From assembly GCF_037042905.1 (NCBI RefSeq), contig NW_026974149.1, positions 1,054,001 through 1,118,000 of the forward strand: a DNA stretch of 64,000 nt, written 5' to 3'. The DNA is from Lytechinus pictus (lineage: Eukaryota). The notes under the pieces are model-generated. The model was not told the origin of the DNA. It did not search any database and saw only the letters and a list, made by a program, of their open reading frames with translations. Positions 1-13,759 of this stretch are shown here, one piece after another. Position 1 is the stretch's first letter. Each line of letters opens with the position of its first letter. The translations under genes and the position numbers were made by a program.

Positions 1-122
1 TTGCATCAGGCAGCCATTCCTTTATATTATTCTTAATATGTGGGGATGTTATCAGTCCAGAGTCTTGGGTGTCAGGAGATGTGGATGATATTTTTTTGCT
101 TGCGTCGGTGATGCCCGGTAAT
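1..122 (-). CDS. Possible host coding exon running off the window edge
   Basis: Minus strand acceptor-like ttgatttcatag, then a stop-free frame LPGITDASKKISSTSPDTQDSGLITSPHIKNNIKEWLPDA to the window start; no recognisable domain. Confidence 0.3.
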
Positions 123-569
123 CTATGAAATCAATATGAATATATTAATACAAAGAGTGATAATGATAATAATAATAATGCATCTCCTATATAGCGCATA
201 ATAAACATATATTTTATTCTATGCGCTTTACAACAAAATAAATAAAAATACATATGAAAAATATTATCAAAGTAGTAGACCTATAAATTACGGAAATTAC
301 CTAATAGTTACACTTACAATTGTTACAAATAAAAATTATTACCAATAATACACCTAATTATGAGTTTCAGAAAAAAAAATGGTTTTGAGTAAGGACTTGA
401 AAGTTTGATAAGTAGACGACTGTCTGATGTGTAGGGGTAACTGCCTTAGCAGCTCGCGAGCATGTTGTTGGTAAGACGGGTAAATCTATAGTTTTACCCG
501 GAACAAATTGCAACAAATTATTTTTCAACTGTTTCTGGCAGTATTTGACCTCAGGAATCCGCATATGGG

Positions 570-2140
570 AACGTAGTTATTTTCAAGATGGCGTCCAAGA
601 TGACCGCCATTCACTGAAAATGCATATAACTCATTCATTATCCACCCTAAAATCCTATTTGGGTCCATATTCCATGGTCCAGTGGGTAAACGAATTTATT
701 GATACAAGTTAGAGTGAATATTAGCACTCCAGGGTACCAAAAAAAAATCCAAAATGGCTGCCGTAGGCTAAAAAATCCTAGATTCATCTATAACTTATCA
801 AAGTGGCTTCAATTTGGTTTTTATTCAATGTTTTTAATGATGAAGTAGTACATCGAAACAAGTTACACGGACAGCCAGTGGTCTGGTGTGTCCAAAAATC
901 CAAGATGGCTTCCAAAAATGGCTGTTAATACTTACAATGGACATAGCTCATATCATATCCATCTGGGAGATATGATTTTGGTGTCTAGAACATGGTTTCA
1001 ATGGTCAAATAATACATTGGGACAAGTTACAAGGACAGTCAGGGGTCCAGTATGTTAAAAAATCAACATGGCTTCCAAAAATGGAGTAAAAAATGCTGTT
1101 GCTATAAAAAAAAAGCATAGTTTGTTCAATATCCGGGAATAGCTGATTTTTGTGCCTATACCATGGTTAATGGGTCAAATAATACATTGGGATAAGTTAC
1201 AAGGGCGATGGGTTGTCAAGTATGTCCAAAAGTCCACAGTGGCTTAAAGATAGTATAAATTAGCCGCTGGTATTTACAAATGGACATAACTCATGTACCA
1301 TCCGTCAAGGGTATGTGATTTTTGATGTCTTTACCATGATTTCAAAAGTCAGAAAATTAGTTACAAGGACAGTCAGTGGTCCAGTATGTCGAAATTCCAA
1401 GATGGCTTCCAAAAAATCGGAGTCTAAAGTGACTGATGTTACTTTGAAAATTGACATAGTTCATTTAAAATCCACCAAGGAGATATGATTTCGGTGTCCA
1501 CACTATGGTTTCAAGGTTAAAATAATACGTTTGGACTGGTTACATTGACATGCAGTTGTCCAGTTCGCCTAAAAATCCAAGAGGGTTTTCAAAAAAGGCA
1601 TCTAAAACGATTCATATGACCCAACACTGGTCAGAGTTCTCCAATATCTATCTATAAGAAATAATGTTTGTGTCTAAATTGTGGTATGATGGGTCAAATA
1701 ATACACACAGACAAGTAACAAGGATGGTTAGTATTCCATTTTGTCAAAAAAAATCCATGGCGGATTCTAAAATTTCATCAAAATAGGTGCTGTTACCAAC
1801 TCATGAAACAATATGATAACTTATCCCCATGCATTTAAGTGTAAGGACCAAGATTATTTCTCACAGGTGGATATTATATGAACTATGTCAATTTTTAAGT
1901 TATAGCAGTATTTTTGGAACCCGTTTTTAAAAGCCAACTCGGATATTAAGGCAAAATGGATAACTGCATATCATGGTAACCAGTCCCAAAGATGTGTTTT
2001 TATCCTTGAAACCCTACTAATGTAGACACCAAAATGAAGTCCCCAAGGTGTATTTGTAATGTTCTATATCAACTTTTAAGTAACAACAGTCATTTAAGAC
2101 CCCCACTTTTAAAGCCATCTTCGATTTTTGGACATACCTG
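570..2140. repeat. Array of diverged ~150-180 bp units (AAAATCCAAGATGGC / ATTTTGGTGTC motifs), last units inverted; probable non-autonomous DNA transposon interior
   Basis: CAAGATGGC-like motifs near 585, 750, 900, 1065, 1397, 1577 and 1755; reverse-complement copies (GACACCAAAAT near 2025, GCCATCTTCGATTTTT near 2113) after about 1850. Confidence 0.65.
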
Positions 2141-2189
2141 GTGTTTTTCTTATAAACAATGTATACTTTTAAGTAACAACAGGCAATTT

Positions 2190-3330
2190 ATACCCCATTT
2201 TGCATTACACTTTATTTGCAGATGATACTTCAGTTTTTATTTCACATCGTAATGTAAATGTTCTAGAGCGCAAACTGAATTCAGAACTTCCGAAGCCGAT
2301 ATTATGGTTTAGGAGCAACCTATTATCCCCAAATTCAGGGAAAACAAATTTGGTTCATTTTCAGGGGAGGAAATCTACTGGTAACAAACAAATAAGCATT
2401 AAAGTAGATGAAGTTGAAATAGAACAAAGGCAGTGTACACGGTTTCTAGGTGTGTATGTTAATCATAATCTAGACTGGGGTAATCATGTCACTTACATTG
2501 TTACCAAAATTTATAGAATATTGGTGTATTATATAGGGAAAAAACATTTGTTAATGATAAGATATTATTGATGATATACAATACTCTTGTACTGCCACAC
2601 ATTTCATATTACAATGTTCTTTGGGCTACATCTAAAGTGTCAACTACCAATATATTTATCCTGCAAAAGAAAGCAGTGCGCATATGTACTGGGTCTTGTT
2701 ACAGAGACCATACAAATCCCATATTTGTAAAGCTGAAGTGCTTGAAAGTACAAGATTTGTTTTTTTTTTGTAAACTGCCTTATTTATATTTCGTTTTAAT
2801 GCCAATATACTGCCTGACTCATTTTCTTCAATGTTTCAGCCTAACAGCCCTGTCCATTCATATAACACAAGACAGTCATAGAACATACATTTGTTTAATC
2901 CCCGCACCGCATTAGCTCATAAATCAATCAGACACCGTGGTTTAGATGTTTGGAATACTCTCTTCCACATAATATTCGAAATTTGAAAACCTCACATTCT
3001 TTTGAATTGGCTGTAAAGCACAATCTCCTTTCAAAATTACAGAATCTGTAAAGTGCTAGTAACGTATTCATGTAAGTATTTTTTTTTCTTCGTAACTGAA
3101 GATTAAGGATGTAACTTTGTTGAAATACTATTACCACATATTAATAACAACTTGAAACAAAATTGTTATATCTTGGCAGTCAATCACTTTTATATTCTTC
3201 TCTTTCTTTCCTCTCTTCCTTATCCTTAACTTTTTTTTTTTTTTTCTTGGATGCAAAACCAGTTTAAAGGTTTTTCAACCAATCAAGCTTTTAGCTTATG
3301 TTGCAACACCTTTGTATGTTCATTATCTAC
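2190..3330 (+). mobile_element. 5'-truncated CR1/L2-group LINE fragment (RT C-terminus, frameshifted)
   Basis: ORFs 2200-2571 (LFADDT, FLGVYV..L.W..HV) and 2568-2915 (YNTLVLPHISY, LQKKAVRIC, HTNPIF) are collinear with the LINE at 11460-12306. Confidence 0.85.
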
Positions 3331-3393
3331 TTGTGTTATATATATTTATATATTATATGTGTATTCTTTTACATTGTACATTGTGAACATGCA

Positions 3394-3510
3394 TAAATAA
3401 AATAAATAAATAAATAAATAATTTGTTCGAAAGGGTTGGTCCAGCTACAACAAATGATCTACTACTATATTTGGGAAGTTGAAGAAACGCTTGTTTGTCA
3501 CCTGTTTCAC
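3394..3510 (-). mobile_element. Extreme 3' remnant of an L2/CR1 LINE with short-repeat tail
   Basis: Minus frame SSRSFVVAGPTLSNKL resembles the RSFxxAGPxLWNxL ORF2 C-terminus, followed by (TTTA)n. Confidence 0.5.
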
Positions 3511-4209
3511 CAAATGTTATCAGTAAACTACAAATAAACATTATGATTGTGGATTTGTATTATACTGAGGAATCGTTTAATTGGTAATTTGAATTATAAA
3601 TTTGAACTTTACAAAACTATGGAGATTTGTAACTCGTCTGAATTACAAACATGTTCAGTCTAAATATCAAGAGCCAACTGATTTTTTTATAACAATTTCC
3701 CAATTTGTATGCTGTGTAGTCAGCACGTATTGGTCGGCACCCCGTGCGCCCGCGCGCTAGCGTATGAGAAGAAAATTTTTCATCGGATCGGCCGCGACGC
3801 GACGAATCCTTCACGAAAAATGAAAGTTTCCTTATCAATAAATATGATTACCGCTTGTAATATCACGTATTTGTATGATGGAATTCAATAACTTCCAGTT
3901 TAAATTGGTTCACTGAATTACTGTCAGTGATGGCTTGTAGTGAGAGTGTAAGACATTTTTTGTGCCAAACTTTGCACGTATCACAGGGCGTCACACTCGC
4001 TCGCTGGTGTCAAGCGAATAGCTACGGCCTTACGCCAGCTCCTGTGTGCATCGATGCTCAGGGCCAGGCTTAACACAGGGATCTCCGGCCCGCGAAGCGG
4101 GACCGAAGCAAACATTTTCTGGCGACGTTCAGTACCAGTACGGTACAGTACCTGCCGCTGCGCTTGCTGGCTTGGCTGGTAGCTGGCAGTGCACTGGAAA
4201 AGCGAATTG

Positions 4210-4323
4210 CAATTATTTATAAATAATGATGTATGTAGTATCATTATTTATAAATAATGAAACACAAAAAAATCATTATTTATAAATAATGAAAAACAAA
4301 TAATCATTATTTATAAATAATGA
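4210..4323. repeat. Four spaced copies of the palindrome TCATTATTTATAAATAATGA (~31 bp period)
   Basis: Copies at about 4210 (partial), 4241, 4273 and 4304. Confidence 0.9.
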
Positions 4324-4374
4324 AAAGTCGAACTGTTCTTATTTACAAATTACAAAGTATGACTTGGAATTATA

Positions 4375-5074
4375 CAGTGCGTCCCAGAAAAAAAACCAAA
4401 CCAAGATTAAGCGATCATTTATCATAACTTAATCACAAATACAATAGACAAATGACCTACCAATGTAAAGCTTAGAATCTCCTCTTTCATCTGATATTAC
4501 TTAGATAATTCCTCATTCACGCATGAGCAAAAACGATTTGAAGAAAGGATACCAAAAACTCATTTGGCGGGGGGTATCTGAATTTCAAAAAGAAGATCAC
4601 ATGGCTAAACAGTTCAATATCTGCTCCATTATTTAATACCTTAATCACAAAAAATGGTCCAGAAGTTAAAAGTTATGTTTCCTCGAAACAATGCTTGTAT
4701 TTCCATAATTTCATTAAATAACCGTGTTTTCACCGGTTTCCCACAGAAGCTATCGCACGGTTAACAAAAGACTTAATGCATGGCTGATCGTCAACAAAAC
4801 AGAGTGTCGAGTGAGTTTGAACGCTAACCTGTAAAACCTCTTCATTTTATGACATTATTGAATTTCAAGCCTTATTTCAAATGACCAAAACTTTGTTATG
4901 TCTTGATCATTTTAAGTAATTGAGGTATCAAAATAAAGAGCAGCAATTGAACTTTTTTTAAATGTGGTTTTTATTTTGGAACCAACCCGCAAAATAACTT
5001 GTTGGTATCCCCTCTTCAAATTGTTTTAGCTCACTCATGCGTGAATGAGAAATAATCTAAGTAATTTCAGATGA
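4375..5074. mobile_element. Tc1/mariner-type foldback MITE, right end lost
   Basis: Starts TA|CAGTGCGTCCCAGAAAAA; about 4487-4660 is the reverse complement of about 4915-5074. Confidence 0.65.
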
Positions 5075-6538
5075 TATTTGAAGATAATTGAAGATTTTGT
5101 ATAATTTCTATCGTGCCGATAATAATTCAAAACAGTTGCAACGGCCGAGTTAAAAAAACGTTGTCTGCCTCCCTCTGTGATAAGAGACCGTGTAGGTCTG
5201 CCAATCAAACTCGCAGTTCAATCCATATATGGGCATGCATGATACATGCGATTGCTCTGTGCCTGTGTGAATCAGCTGCAGCACATGCAGTCAATGAATT
5301 ACGCAACTATACTACCACGTTTATACCGGCCATACAGCGGATGCGCTGTGCGTGTACGTGTACATAGAGTACGTTATACGCTATACGGTAGTTGGTTCTT
5401 TGGTTTGCCGCAGTGTTGTGAGCTCAACTCGAAAAGTAAAAAGTTAGACGAAAAACCCCGAAATGGACGAAGGTAGGGAGAAGGAAAGTGTCGCACAAAT
5501 ACTTACAATAATGCACTTCAGAGATAACCTTCCTTATGAAAGCATGGCTATCCAAAAGCCGCATGTTTCGCACTTTTGGACTGATAGGTATGCAAATTAG
5601 GGATGCACATAATCCCTCCAATCCCTAGGCCCTAACCCTACCATACGCGCCGTGTTTCGGGGGGGGGGGGTTGCCACTGTTTTTACAATATAGGCCTACT
5701 ACAATCGGCAATCTGGCTTTATTTGTCGATCGAACGAAATCGTGAAACAATTATATTTCTTCAAAAGTATATTTACAAGTTATGTTATAATTTCGGCCTC
5801 TGTTACATAATTGTTTCCCTATAGGCCTATATATTTTTGTGATTATTGTTCTGTAAACATTCGTGATATAACTTGCCTGATACTTGCAATCTGCAATTTT
5901 TCAATTCAATTCAATTCGGTTCATTCGGTTTATTAGATATAAAACAGAATACAATGCTGTAGTCCGAAGACTAATTGTGCAATGTTTACATTGATTATTA
6001 TTTACATTTGAAGATTGTATATACACTTACAAAAAGTATTCACATATAAATGAGAAACAGTTGGTTGATTAATTGAGTCATGGATAAGTGAGATTTCAGT
6101 AGATATTACTAGCAAGGGATTCTGATAATTGTGTATTGGGGAAAAACCTGTTTTAAACTTACAATTATACAACAAAAAGGTCAGAAAAATATAATTCAGA
6201 TTTGATATTCATTATGAAGAGATTTAGAATCAAGTTATTGCAACAGGATTAGTCATAGTTATAGAACATTTAAATAATAATAATAACCTTTGAGATATGA
6301 AATCCATTAAAGATGGAACTAAGATTACTTTGAGATATGCGATTGAGGCTGATAAAATAATTCATAATAATTCTAAAGAAAATCAAAATTAACAATTAAT
6401 GAGAACAAATACATGCATATAAATTAAAAAAAATCATTCATATAGCTAAACATTTACAACTGAGCATTGACCAGTTTGACAAGAAGGCCATCATAAGAAA
6501 AGAGCAAGTGGGGATCTGACATCATGAGACCACATAAT

Positions 6539-8650
6539 CAGGGGCGGATCCAGCCTTCGCCGATAGGGGGGGGGGGCCGGATTTTTTCCAGCGATATTTT
6601 CCCCGATCGGCCGCTCGAAGATAATTTTTGTTGTATTCCTTTGAAGGGGTAGTCCATATAGTAACTTCCTAGCTTCATTCTTAAATAAATCAACATGAAT
6701 ATACAATATCATAATCCTTATTCGTGTAATGAGAGCGCGAAGCGCGAGCAAAAAAAAAAAATGTATTTTTCCTAAAATTTGAACATTCTGGGCAATGTTT
6801 GTTATCCTGAAAAAGATGTATATGCAACTAAATAATTACTACGAACGCGAAGTGCGAGCAGAAATGAACTGGTGGAAAAGGTATCTGTAACAGACTTCTT
6901 GCAGTTAGCCATGAGGACGTTACATTTTTCAACAATTAAATAATGCGAGCTGACATTTTTTACATTTTGACCTAAAGAATAGAAATTCTAAGCACTTTTT
7001 GAAACTTAAAAAGAATAGGTATATATAAATATATATATAAACATTTGATGCGAGCGCGTAGTGCGAGTGGAAAATTTCGAGATTTAGACCTACAAACAAG
7101 ACAATCTATTCATGTTTTGTAAATCATGAAAACGCAGGCAGAACATTTTTATACACGTTTTGAACTGATTGAAAAGGTACCCGTTAAGGACTGCTTGCAC
7201 TTATATCCATGAAGACCTTACATATTTCAACAATAAAATAATGCGAGCGCGAAGCGCGAGCTAAAAAATTTTGACATTTCTACACAAAGAATTGAAAATT
7301 TTAATCAATTTTTGTAATCTTGAACAGGATAGCTATATTACTAAACAATTGATGCGAGCGCGAAGCGCGAGCGAAAAAATCGAGATTTAGACCTAAAATC
7401 GGGACACTCTGCTCATGTTTTGTAAATCATGAAAAGGATGAGTAATAGGGGATCTTCCTACATTAATGATGCGAGCGCAAAGCGCGAGCATAAAATTTTT
7501 ATATTGTGCTCTGAAACTGGATAATGATTTACATATAGAGAACAAGTTGAGTATCTGAATAATCATGCGCGCGCGTTTCAGATTTAGCCCGAGGCATTCT
7601 AAATACATCTTTTATCATGAAAAATCAAAGCGAGCGCGAAGCGCGAGCTTAAACTATTTTATATTTCCGATCTGAAAAAGTCAATTTTAGCTCTATATTT
7701 CAAGCAGTTTGCAGGAAAATTGTGAGGTGGATATGGCTCGAACTTAATAAAGAGCTGATATTTTTCATTATCATTACTTCAAGTTTTCACATTGGACCGG
7801 GACATCCTTAGGACCTATCATCATATGAAAATGATGACTATCTTCCTATTCCTCTTGCTAAGCGCAAGATGAAACAAAAAGGGACAGTGTAATTATTAAA
7901 TCTTATTTATTAATGCCTAATGAGAGTGAGAAATCTGATGACATTATGGCCTGAAAACTCGGGACATTTCAAGCACTTTTGTAATTAGGAATACGATGCA
8001 TCAGTTAATCTATTTCTAACCATTAATGCGAGCGCAAAGCGCGAGCCAATTTTTTTTAAAAACTGTATTGAAAAGGGGATTTTAAGTAGTTTGTTGTATA
8101 ATAAATATTGAGACATACATAACTCGCCAATCAAAATGCGAGCATTTATCGCTATCTGATACGTTTTGACAATTAGACCTGAAAAAGGGATATTTTGAAA
8201 ACTAAATGGAATACACGAAAATGATAGGTACCTGATAAATCAAAATTTGCGAGCGCGCAGCGCGAGCCGAAATTTTAATATTCAGACCATAAAACTTTCA
8301 CTTTTAAAGAGCACTTTTTAAAAATTGATTTGGAAACCACACAAAATAATGAAAGTTCGATTTTCGAGGTGAAATATATATATTGACATCCAAACTTGAT
8401 ATTTAAGCTCCATATTGAAAGAGATATGTAAATCACCTAACAAGGAATGCGAGCGCGAAGCGCGATCGAAAATTTTAGTGACATGAAAGATTCTTTTTAT
8501 TTTCCAAGTCTTCCCCTCATCTTATTTTATTCACTCGTCTTCCTTCTCTTCTTTTTTTCCCTCTCTTTTTTCTTTCTTTCCTTTTTTTTCTTCTTTTTTT
8601 TGCTCCGCCAATAGGGGGGGGGGGGCGGACCCCCCCTGGATCCGCCTTTG
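6539..8650. mobile_element. Non-autonomous hAT-like element with CAGGGGCGGATCC TIRs and an internal array of GCGAGCGCGAAGCGCGAGC units
   Basis: TIRs CAGGGGCGGATCCAG and CTGGATCCGCCTTTG; the motif recurs more than 10 times between 6730 and 8470. TSD is not clean here, but short family members elsewhere have 8-bp TSDs. Confidence 0.75.
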
Positions 8651-9090
8651 CCTAATGAATATTCATGACGACTAGTTTCACAAAATATTGCTAAACTTTC
8701 AAATTTAATAATTTTGCTGTTATAAGAATTTGATAAAATTTTAGTGAATTCTACTTTAGACATTTTCAGCCCGGTGTAACGTCTGCGGCCATAAAACTAA
8801 TATCTATATCTGGTCGTAGCCGCGTTTTCCTCCTTTTGACAAGCACTTTTTGGCACAAAGCATGTAAAGCCTTTTTTGGAATATATGGTTTCATAAATTC
8901 GTTCAGTGATGAGGTCTGGTCATTAGGTGACTTTAAAAATAGATATGTTCGACAAGTCTTCGGTTGTGAAATCGATATAATATAGGCTAGACCTGTAAAT
9001 CATGTCAAGTGCGCTGGGCAAGATTATGCCTACCTGAAAGGTCAAGTCCACCCCAGAAAAAAAAAGTTGTTTGATAGAGAAAATCAAACA

Positions 9091-12000
9091 TTATGTCTGC
9101 TTAGATTACATTCTTTTGTTATACAAAATCTATCTACATAGACCTATGATTTCATTCACTTATACCCTTGCTCAATATACAAGGTTTATCAAATCCCTGG
9201 TGATCCCCCCCCCCCCCCCCTTTTCACTAAAAGCCCGGAGTCTGTTCGTCACATGTACGCGCTCATGACCGGACACACTCTTCCACTATGTACATACACC
9301 CTCACTTGCACCTTCACACACCTTTCACTCCAAGCTTTCAACACCGTATTGCACACCGAAGTTTATACCCTTCATGAACCTGGATGACGTATTGGATAAT
9401 GCAGTATTTACACCCCAGTGTAGATACTATACTGCCAACGAATTTAATTCAGTTTTTAATACTACCCAAATTAACAAACCAATCCACCTTAGCTTTATGC
9501 ATATAAACATTAGAAGCTTGCAAAAGAACTTTGATACTTTCAGTGAGTTTTTTTTCTATATTGAATACTTTTCCCTTTTCTGTAATCGCTATGTCAGAAA
9601 CATGGTTACACTCAACCACCCCATCCATTTTCAACATTGACAATTATACATTTAAACATAGTGATCGTAATCGTCGAACTGGAGGAGGTGTCGCTTTTTA
9701 TATTCACAATGATTTAAATTTTAAAATAAGACATGATATTCAACTCCAAGGTATAGAATCCTTATTCATAGAAATTATTGATGAAAAAAAAAAATAAGAT
9801 AGTCGGCGTAATCTACAGACCACCAAATAATATCGCCAACATATTTATGGATAAATTGGAATCTTGTCTAGAATTTATATCACACGAAAACAAGGAAACT
9901 TATCTCATGGGCGATTTCAATATAGATATATCTATGCCTCATACACCACTGGGCCAACAGTTTATTAACTTGTTTTCATCTTTTTCATTTAAATCTCTCA
10001 TTAACAGACCAACGCGGATAACAAGTACAACACACACAATCATTGATAATATATTTACCAATGTAGGTCTATTAGATAATTATAATAACAAAGGAATAAT
10101 TTACTACGACATTTCAGACCATTTACCCATATTCACAATTTGTAAAGATAATAGACATTTACAAAAACAACAAAATTTAGAAAATATTACCCGACGAAAA
10201 GAGACTAAACGTAACATAGAAACTTTAAAAACTGATTTGAGTGCAGAGAGTTGGGAAGATGTCTACAGAGAAGAAAATGTTAATAAATCATATGATGTAT
10301 TTTTAAATAAACTTATTCATTACTATGAAAAAAATGTACCTCTGATAAAAATTAAACTAAGTAAAAAGAAGAATAAACAACCATGGATCACTCAAGGCAT
10401 AATTAAATCAATACTCACTCGTAATAGATTTTATAAAATATCACTAAAATCACCTACTCAAGAACATAAAAACAAATACAAAAAATATCGTAATAAATTA
10501 ACGTCAATAATCCGTTTGGCACGCAAATCGTACTTTTCGAACAAAATTGAAAACAATAAAGATAATAATCAAACATTATGCACACAGTAAGCGAAATGTT
10601 AGGTAAGAAAAACGAATGATCTTAACAATGTTGATTTCCTTTTAAACGGACATACAACGAAAAACCCTACCGAAATTGCTGAAGCATTTAATTCTTTTTT
10701 CGCCAATGTTGGTCCTAACCTTGCATCTAGCATTGTCACTAATACCAACAAATTTTCTACATATTTAAATAACAATGCCGAACATTCTTTATTTTTTAAT
10801 CCTACTAATCTTCATGAAATTTTAGAAATCGTCCGATCCTTGAAATCTACTAAATCTTGTGGCCATGATGGTATCAGTGTATATTTACTAAAACAAATTA
10901 TTCATTTTGTGGCTTCTCCCCTTGTACATATTTTCAATTTATCTCTCTTAAAGGGAATTTTCCCGGATCAACTTAAACTTGCAAAAATAATCCCCATATA
11001 CAATCCCCTATTTCATTACTACCAAGCATATCCAAAATACTTGAAAAAATTGTTTATAAACGACTATATTCTTTTCTGGACACAAATAAATTATTAATTC
11101 CCAACCAATACGGCTTTAGGAAAAATCACTCAACTGACTATGCAATCTTACAATTATATGATAAAATACCAGATTCACTTTCCAAAAAAGAGCACACTGT
11201 TGGGGTTTTCATGGATCTATCGAAGGCATTCGATACCATGAATCATCATATATTGTTATGTAAATCAAAGACATATGGAATTAGAGGTATTGTACATTCT
11301 TGGTTTACAGACTTTTTAATTAATAGACGTCAATTTGTTAATTTTAAATCCAAGTCATCCCATACATGTCCCGTTAAATGTGGAGTACCTCAGGGTTCAA
11401 TCCTAGGTCCCTTATTATTTTTAATATATATGAATGATATTGTAAATGCATCACCTTTACTTACATATGTTTTATTCGCAGACGACACTAACATATTTTA
11501 TTCACATCAGAACTGAAACATTCTAGTTGCAACTCTTAATCAAGAATTTAAAAAATTATCATTATGGTTTAAATCAAATAGACTCTCCCTTAACATAAAT
11601 AAAACAAACTTCATGTACTTTAAACATATTAATTCTAAACAATTATTTCGCGACATCATTTATATCAATGATATGCCCATTAACAAAAAAAAAGGAAACA
11701 AAATTTTTAGGTGTATTGATCGATTCTAACGTAACATGGAGTAGTCATATTCGTAATATTAGCATGATGATTGCAAGGGCCATAGGCATCTTGTACAAAC
11801 TGAAATATTATCTATCTCAAAGATCATTACTAATGCTTTATAACTCCTTTATTTTGTCACACATTTCTTACTGTAACATAGCATGGGGAAATAGTAACAA
11901 AATAAAAATAGACTCAATATTACGCCTTCAAAAGAAAGCTCTTCGTATTTGTTATCACTCTCATTATCTCGCCCATACTGATCCATTATTTCATTATTTT

Positions 12001-12695
12001 AAGACATTGAAAATTTACGATATTCACACTTATCAAACTGCCATTTTCATGTATAAATTTTCCAACAACACTATTCCAGCATCCTTCCGTAATATTTTTG
12101 TTTACAACAGAGACATACATTCATACCCTACACGACATTCATCTGACTTTCACCTAACAAATCCAAAAATAATAATTGCTCACAAAACAATACGTCATCA
12201 CGGTCCTGAAGTTTGTAACACTTTGCCGAATAACATCAAACAAGCTACATCTCTTTTTTCCTTTAAAGCTTTGTTAAAAAGGTTTATTGTATCAAAGTAT
12301 TTGTAAAAATCTCACCTGCACATGCACCCACATATGCACCACTTCACCTGACCCCTTTACCCTCTCCCCCTTTTTTTCTTAACATTTCAAATAATTATGT
12401 GACATCATTATTATAGACCAATGAATTTTTCTCTACAATGGTTTTCATGTAGCTGCCTTCCTATGGCTGCTATTCTCTCAAGCATTTTGCTTATGATAGC
12501 TAGCCACTGCATTTTATTTTATATATTATTGCTTACATGTATATCTATGTAAATTATTCTTCTATCATGTAATCGTCGCAATTTGTAAATATTTCATTTA
12601 TTTTTGTATTTCTTTATATTCATTATGATTACTGTGTTTCATATATTGAATTTTTAATAAATGCAGAAACACCTGCAAAAAAAAATAAATAAAAA
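9091..12695 (+). mobile_element. CR1/L2-group (Crack-like) LINE: complete but frameshifted ORF2, 3' UTR, A-rich tail
   Basis: APE endonuclease motifs HINIRSL, SETWL, GGGVA, IYRPP, GDFN, IDNIF, SDHLPIF; RT motifs DLSKAFD, GVPQGSILGPLLF, FADDT; tail at 12677-12695. Confidence 0.93.
9374..12306 (+). pseudogene. LINE ORF2 (endonuclease-reverse transcriptase), disrupted
   Basis: Consecutive ORF pieces 9374-9640, 9531-9797, 9778-10590, 10840-11097, 11211-11516 and 11668-12306. Confidence 0.92.
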
Positions 12696-13759
12696 TAACG
12701 CTGAAAACTTCATCAAAATCGGATGTAAAATAAGAAAGTTATGAAATTTTAAAGTTTCGCTGATTTAAAAAAACAGTTATATGCTCAATACTATGGTATG
12801 CAAAATAAGAGTCAATGATGTCACTCACTAAATATTTTTGTATTGTTTTTATTGCTTGAATTATATATCATTTCAGCTTTTACAGATTTGAAAATTAGGA
12901 CCCTATATTGTCTGAACCAGATAATGTTAAAACAATTTAATTATACATCTTCGGGTAGGAATGCACCTTTATTTCACATGACAATGGGGAGAAAATGAGA
13001 ATATTTCATATTTTATGATAATAAAGGACAAAAAATTGTGATTGGGTTATGTCATCAGTCATCCCATTTGGATGCCAACTAAGATATGCATATAACTGTT
13101 TTGTGAAATTTAGCGAAACTTTAAAATGTCATAATATTCTTATTTTAGCTCCGATTTTGATGACATTTTCAGTGGTATGCTTGTTTGATTTTTTTCTTTC
13201 TATTCAATCAGCTTTTTGTTTGGGTGGACTTGTCCTTGAACGGTGCATGGCTCAGGGGAAGTTGTGCAATGAATTCAGAAAAAAAAAATCAGTGGCTACA
13301 TGATCCATGACGGGGGCGCAATGCCTCTCCATACCGGGCCCCCTGCATAGGTAATTTGCACACTTGGGATATAATTACATTTACAATTTTGAGGGTGTTG
13401 TTGTTATAGGGGTGCATGGGCACGGGCAGGATGTGCCCCCTGGATCCGCCAGTGATTCGTAAGCTCCCACCACAATATAATAAATCACACACAAACCAGA
13501 ATAGGGGTACAAAATTCAATCAACATTATAGGCCTACACGATTCATAAAATGAAAGATGTAATCCAAGGCTGTAATGAATACTATTGTAGACTTAAAAGT
13601 ATTTTTCCTGTAAGCCCATGAATATATATCAACTTGAAATGGATCAATTAAAATTACCGCGTCTTGTCTTAGTATAAGCAAAACAAAATTATAAGCATAC
13701 AACAAAGTCATAATTACAAACATTACAACTGTTTGGACAATAAAAGGCCTAGGCATAGG

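Larger units (their letters stand above)
9039..13236. mobile_element. Kolobok/T2-type MITE split by a LINE insertion
   Basis: TGAA|AGGTCAAGTCCACCCC at left and GGGTGGACTTGTCCT|TGAA at right (4-bp TSD, TTAA-like). The left arm breaks at 9090 and resumes at about 12695, matching the reverse complement of the right arm. Confidence 0.75.

Noticed and set aside
4210-4323. CRISPR-like repeat-spacer look
   Set aside because: Spacers are only 11-12 bp and mostly A-rich, there are no cas genes, and the context is eukaryotic.
5622-5642. Telomere-like CCCTAA words and a nearby ATGCAAAT octamer
   Set aside because: Too short and degenerate; no snRNA body or telomeric array seen.
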